From positions 1 through 30,374 of the forward strand of contig JAGLWR010000001.1 of assembly GCA_023133315.1 (NCBI GenBank): 30,374 bases of DNA. The letters run 5' to 3'. Shown here one piece after another: positions 26,014 to 30,374 of this stretch. The DNA comes from Methanomicrobia archaeon (GTDB lineage Archaea; Methanobacteriota_B; Thermococci; Methanofastidiosales; B48-G16). Each line of letters opens with the position of its first letter. Position 1 is the first letter of the stretch. Both the position numbers and the translations under genes were made by a program. The notes beneath the pieces were generated by a model that saw only the letters and a program-made list of their open reading frames with translations, was not told the DNA's origin and searched no databases.

Positions 26014-27465
26014 ATGGATCTTCTAAATTTAAAAAGAATTACGGATTATGAATGGGAACTTCCAAAACAGGAAGACATGAGAGTACCCGGAATGATCTAT
26101 GGAAACACGGAGATAATAGAACATTTGAAAGAAGATGTAAGACTGGGAAAAGACTGGAATGCTCTGAAGCAGATAGCTAACGTGGCATGCATGCCGGGTA
26201 TCCAAAAATGTAGTATAGCATTGAGTGATGTTCATCCCGGATACGGATTTCCGATAGGCGGAGTTGGTGCTTTCGACTCTGAGGAAGGAGTAATAACGAT
26301 GGGAGGAATCGGATTCGATATAAACTGTTCTGTGACAGCACTGAAAACATCTTTAAAAGAAGAAGACATCAGAAAAAACGCTAAACCTCTTTTGAACTCT
26401 CTGTTTAAAATAGTACCTGCAGGCTTGGGTTCCACGGGAAAAGTTAGATTAAATTTCCACCAGATTGATGAAGTGCTCACGGGCGGAGCCGAATGGGCCG
26501 TAGAGAATGGGTATGGCGAAGAAAAAGATCTGGAGTTTATTGAAGAGAACGGTAGAGTTAAAGAAGCTGATCCAGAAAACGTGAGTGAAAAAGCAAAACA
26601 GAGACAGTTTAAACAGATGGGAACGTTGGGCTCTGGAAACCATTACGTAGAAGTACAGTACGTTGCTGAGATATACGACCAAGAAGCTGCCGAGATATAT
26701 GGATTGAAAGAAAAAGATGTGGTGGTTTCTTTCCACTGTGGTTCCCGTGCTCTAGGGCATCAAATAGGTACAGATTATCTTAAAAAACTTGCTGAAGTTA
26801 CTAAGAAGTATGGGATAAAGATAAAAGATAGGGAACTTGTGTGCGCACCCATAAACTCGGAAGAAGGTCAGAGATATTTTTCTGCTGTTTGCTGCGGCGT
26901 AAACTGTGCTTTTGCAAATCATGAAGTTTTGACGCATCTGATCAGAAAAGGTTTTAAAGAAGTTTTTCCGGATGAAAAACTGCCTAAATTCTATTCTATT
27001 GGTCACAATACGTGCAAAAAAGAGTATCATGAGGTAGATGGAAAGAAAAAGCTTTTGTATGTTCACAGAAAAGGATCTACAAGAGCTTTTGGCCCTGGAA
27101 GAGAAGAGATACCTAAAAAATACAGAAAGATAGGGCAGCCTGTTTTAGTCGGCGGAACTATGGGTACGTGCTCGTTTATTTTGAGAGGCACTGAAAAGGG
27201 AATGAATGTAACATTCGGATCAGCAATTCATGGGGCAGGGAGAGCCATGAGTAGAAAAAAAGCTAAACATCAGTACAGGGGAGATAAACTGCTTAAAGAG
27301 TTAGAAAATAGGGGTATACACGTAAGAGGCCACTCAATGGCAGGGATTGCAGAAGAGGCACCGGGAGCTTATAAAGATATTATAAATGTTGTAGAATGCA
27401 TGGATAAGTCCGGGATCGCAAAAAAGGTTGCAATGTTAAAGCCTATAATAAATGTAAAGGGTTAA
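26014..27465 (+). CDS. rtcB: RNA/tRNA-splicing ligase RtcB
   Basis: DVHPGYGFPIGG, GFDINC, GTLGSGNHY, HCGSR, HN, HRKG, HGAGR; ATG 26014 behind a GGTGA SD; no intein. Confidence 0.97.
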   Translation: MDLLNLKRITDYEWELPKQEDMRVPGMIYGNTEIIEHLKEDVRLGKDWNALKQIANVACMPGIQKCSIALSDVHPGYGFPIGGVGAFDSEEGVITMGGIGFDINCSVTALKTSLKEEDIRKNAKPLLNSLFKIVPAGLGSTGKVRLNFHQIDEVLTGGAEWAVENGYGEEKDLEFIEENGRVKEADPENVSEKAKQRQFKQMGTLGSGNHYVEVQYVAEIYDQEAAEIYGLKEKDVVVSFHCGSRALGHQIGTDYLKKLAEVTKKYGIKIKDRELVCAPINSEEGQRYFSAVCCGVNCAFANHEVLTHLIRKGFKEVFPDEKLPKFYSIGHNTCKKEYHEVDGKKKLLYVHRKGSTRAFGPGREEIPKKYRKIGQPVLVGGTMGTCSFILRGTEKGMNVTFGSAIHGAGRAMSRKKAKHQYRGDKLLKELENRGIHVRGHSMAGIAEEAPGAYKDIINVVECMDKSGIAKKVAMLKPIINVKG

Positions 27466-27469
27466 AATA

Positions 27470-28246
27470 ATGTTTACGAAAGTTTCGAAAAGTGTTTATT
27501 GCAGAATTGGAGAAAAAGGAGATTCCAACAATGGATTTATCTTATGTAATGATTTCTCCGTATTTGTGGACACAGCAACATATCCTGATCAAACGAAAAG
27601 GGATCTGGAGGATATGAAGAAGGTTACGGACAAAAAAGTAAAATTTCTCATAAATACACATTACCATCCCGATCACACCTTCGGAAATATGTATTTTTTG
27701 GATATTATCGCACATGCTGCGTGCCGCACAACGTTAAAGGAACGCATTCCCTTCTACAAAGAAGAGGTGCAAAAAGAGGAACGATTTAAGAATCTCAAAA
27801 TTAAACTGCCAAATATCGTTTTCACAGAGAACATGATGCTGATGCATACTCCTAAAATTGAGTTGACTCACTTCGGGGGACATACTGAAGGAAGTATAAC
27901 TGTATATGTGCCTGAAGAGAAGGTACTGTTCTCTGGAGATCTATTGTTTGCAGGATACCATCTGTATCTCGGAGATGCCGACATACAAGAATGGACAGAT
28001 GCGCTGGAGACGATACTCCAGTGGGATATTAAAAAGATAATACCGGGACACGGAGAAATATGTGATAAAAAAGAGATCAAAAAGCATATAGATTATCTAA
28101 AAACGTTTTATCAAAATCTCAAAGATATGAAAAAGAGACACAGTAAAGAGGATATCCTTAAAAATACAGATCTTTTAGAGCTGCCCGAAATGGATGGCGA
28201 AAACAGAATAGTGAGGAATATAGAAGCGCAGTACGATAAAGCGTGA
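27470..28246 (+). CDS. MBL-fold metallo-hydrolase
   Basis: THYHPDH, GGHTEG, SGDL, PGHG. Confidence 0.92.
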   Translation: MFTKVSKSVYCRIGEKGDSNNGFILCNDFSVFVDTATYPDQTKRDLEDMKKVTDKKVKFLINTHYHPDHTFGNMYFLDIIAHAACRTTLKERIPFYKEEVQKEERFKNLKIKLPNIVFTENMMLMHTPKIELTHFGGHTEGSITVYVPEEKVLFSGDLLFAGYHLYLGDADIQEWTDALETILQWDIKKIIPGHGEICDKKEIKKHIDYLKTFYQNLKDMKKRHSKEDILKNTDLLELPEMDGENRIVRNIEAQYDKA

Positions 28247-28287
28247 GAGAGATGAAAATAAGTTATCTATTCTAAAATACGAAATTT

Positions 28288-28632
28288 TTATCTTTTATAC
28301 GGAATCAAACATAAAAATTTCAGAGTGGCTCCTGTGCATTGTAACTGATGTTTTTCATCTGCAGGAATAAACAACACATCGCCTTTTGATATCGTCTCTT
28401 CAGAATTTTCTCTGCGGGCAATGCCCTCACCTTCAAGTACGAATACTTCATGTTCCCATGGATGTTTATGGTACGGACTATATCCTTCTGAGGTTATTTC
28501 GAACAAACGCATTGCGAAATTCTCTGCGCCCATCTCTTTGGCGATAAGCCATCGTACCGTTGTATTAACGGCTCCTTCCTCAGCTTTTTCCTTTTTAATT
28601 TCCGTATAGTGAAATTTCTTCATAAAAAACAT
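28288..28632 (-). CDS. Cupin-domain protein (start may be ATG 28623)
   Basis: HKHPWEHEVFVLEG...GDVLFIPADEKHQL metal-binding cupin motifs. Confidence 0.92.
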   Translation of the reverse strand: MFFMKKFHYTEIKKEKAEEGAVNTTVRWLIAKEMGAENFAMRLFEITSEGYSPYHKHPWEHEVFVLEGEGIARRENSEETISKGDVLFIPADEKHQLQCTGATLKFLCLIPYKR

Positions 28633-28848
28633 AATGGTTTTCCTTGAAAAAGGTTTTGATGTATCGTGTTCTCGATTTATATAAGGAAGAAAATCATGCC
28701 AAAAGCATGATAGTGAATTTTTTATTAAAGATAAACATAAAAATGAGACGGGAAAAGGGGATTAGTATTAAAGATAAATTATACAATTATATAGGTATTA
28801 AAATAGCCGAAAAGTTTTTCTTGTCATGGTCATAACTCATTGTAGAGC

Positions 28849-30374
28849 ATGAATTTAGTTCTGAAAGGTAAGAAAATGCCGCAAAACAAACTAAAAGAAT
28901 ATTCGGAAAGATTTGAAGAAAAAGTTGAAGAGAGGACAAAGGAATTGAGAGAGAGTGAAGAAAAGTTCAAGAGACTATTTAACAGCAGTCCTGAAGCTAT
29001 TCTATATGTTGATAAAGATTTTGAGACAATAGATATCAATCCTCGATTTGAAGAACTTTTTAGTTATTCTATTGATGAGATAAAAGGAAAGGAAATAGAC
29101 GAGTTCCTCGTTCCTAAAGATAGAATAAATGAAGGTCAAAAGCTAAATGAGATGTCAAAGAAGGGATATACCTTTTATGAAACTGTCAGGAAGAAAAAGG
29201 ATGGTACTTTAGTTCCCGTGTCATTATCTGTAGGACCTATTATCTCCGAAGGATCGATAGCCGGAATTATTGTGATATATAAAGATATCACCGAACGTAA
29301 ACGTGCCGAAGAAGAATTACAAGTACAACGTAATTTTGCCGTGCAAGTAATGAACACGATGGGGCAAGGATTGACTGTAGTTGATACTGAAACACGTTTT
29401 GAATACGTTAACCCCGTTTATGCTCGAATGCTCGGCTACTCACCCGAAGAATTGATTGGTAAAACCCCATTCGATGTTACCTTTCCTGAAGATCATGTTA
29501 TTCTTACTCAAGCCAAAACTCAGCGTTGGAAAGGCAAAACCAGTACATACGAAACGCGTTTAAAACGAGCTGATGGAGGGACTGTTTATGTATCTATTAC
29601 AGGTGTGCCACGTTGGCGGGATAACAAAATAGTAGGAACAATCGCCGTAATTACTGATATCACAGAAAGAAGGAAAATGGAGGAGTCATTGAAAGAATCA
29701 GAGGAACGGTTCCGGACTATTTTTGAGACGGCTCAAGACTCTATCTTCATCAAGGATTGCACTCTAAAATACACCAAGGTCAATCCTGCGATGGAGAAAC
29801 TTTTCGGACTCTCGGCCTCGAAAATAATCGGTCGGACGGATGATGAACTTTTCGATGAGGAAGCTGCGTCACACCTCAGAGAAATAGATTCTCGAGTTCT
29901 TGGCGGAGAGATCGTCGAAGAAGAGCACACCAAGTCAGTGAAAGGTGTCCCGATCACGTTCCACATCATCAAGGTGCCGATGTGCAACAGTTTTGGTGAG
30001 ATCATTGGGCTCTCTGTGGCATTGCCCGTGATATTACCGAGCGAAAACGAGCAGAAGAACTCCTCAAAAAACAGAGTGAAGAACTCTCAGCATTCGCACA
30101 TACCGTTTCCCATGATTTGAAGAACTATATAGGAATTATTCGGAATTATGCTCAACTCTCACTCCTCAAGAAGAAGTATGCAGAGAGGAATACTCAGAAA
30201 ATAATTGATATGACAAAAAAGATGGAAGAGTTCGTTACACGACAGCTTCAGCTTGCCGATGCGGGGAAAGCAATAGGAAAACTTGAAGAAATAGATCTCA
30301 ATAAATTGATCGATGGAGTAAGGAAAACTTACAGCATTGAGATACATACAGAAGAGTTACCAAAGATCAAAGGC
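28849..30374 (+). pseudogene. Triple-PAS sensor histidine kinase, frameshifted at 30010-30015 and running off the window edge
   Basis: Three PAS/PAC units ending in DITERK (29284, 29656, 30030). GGG CTC TC TGT GGC carries two extra bases; the shifted frame reads CGIARDITERKRAEE...SHDLKN (His at 30111) and stays open to 30374. Confidence 0.88.

Noticed and set aside
7541-27465. Functional link between the HEPN-like RNase and the RtcB/archease repair genes
   Set aside because: They are about 17 kb apart with core operons in between; archease-rtcB is standard archaeal tRNA-splicing machinery.
28644-28835. 63-aa plus-strand ORF upstream of the kinase
   Set aside because: TTG start, low-complexity Lys/Ile-rich sequence, and it covers the divergent promoter region with its repeats.
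1170-30347. Numerous antisense or out-of-frame ORFs in the track (e.g. 4467-5018, 5815-6135, 15000-15368, 21298-21927, 22661-23023, 23659-24021)
   Set aside because: They are shadows of well-supported genes, with no recognisable motifs or translation signals.

Overview
A 30.4-kb, gene-dense, AT-rich archaeal chromosome segment, mostly housekeeping. The EF-1alpha ([10 protein letters not shown]; [17 protein letters not shown] insertion) and PriS sequences resemble Thermococci-type proteins, so a Thermococci-related lineage such as Methanofastidiosa/Theionarchaea is inferred but not proven. Core genes: XPD and Hel308 helicases, Zn-ribbon/EF-1beta, a thermosome-psmB-psmA cluster, iorB, tuf-rps10, the conserved rps19e-PDCD5-PP-loop-rpl39e-rpl31e-eIF6-rpl18a-pfdA-ftsY operon, priS and archease-rtcB. 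Non-routine elements: (i) a chimeric, frameshifted mosaic of gene fragments at 435-881; (ii) a secreted CWB2-repeat/TM/winged-helix protein resembling a membrane-tethered one-component regulator; (iii) chaperonin and both 20S proteasome subunits co-oriented, with a divergent alpha subunit; (iv) a compositionally mosaic patch at 7.5-9.9 kb holding an orphan HEPN-motif protein, a 2-TM microprotein, an AbrB gene, unannotated micro-ORFs and a META lipoprotein; (v) a 623-aa type IV pilin-PKD-adhesin fusion; (vi) a PAS histidine kinase split by a 2-bp insertion. No rRNA, tRNA, CRISPR array, transposase or integrase was recognised. All calls come from motif recognition by eye; no searches were run.
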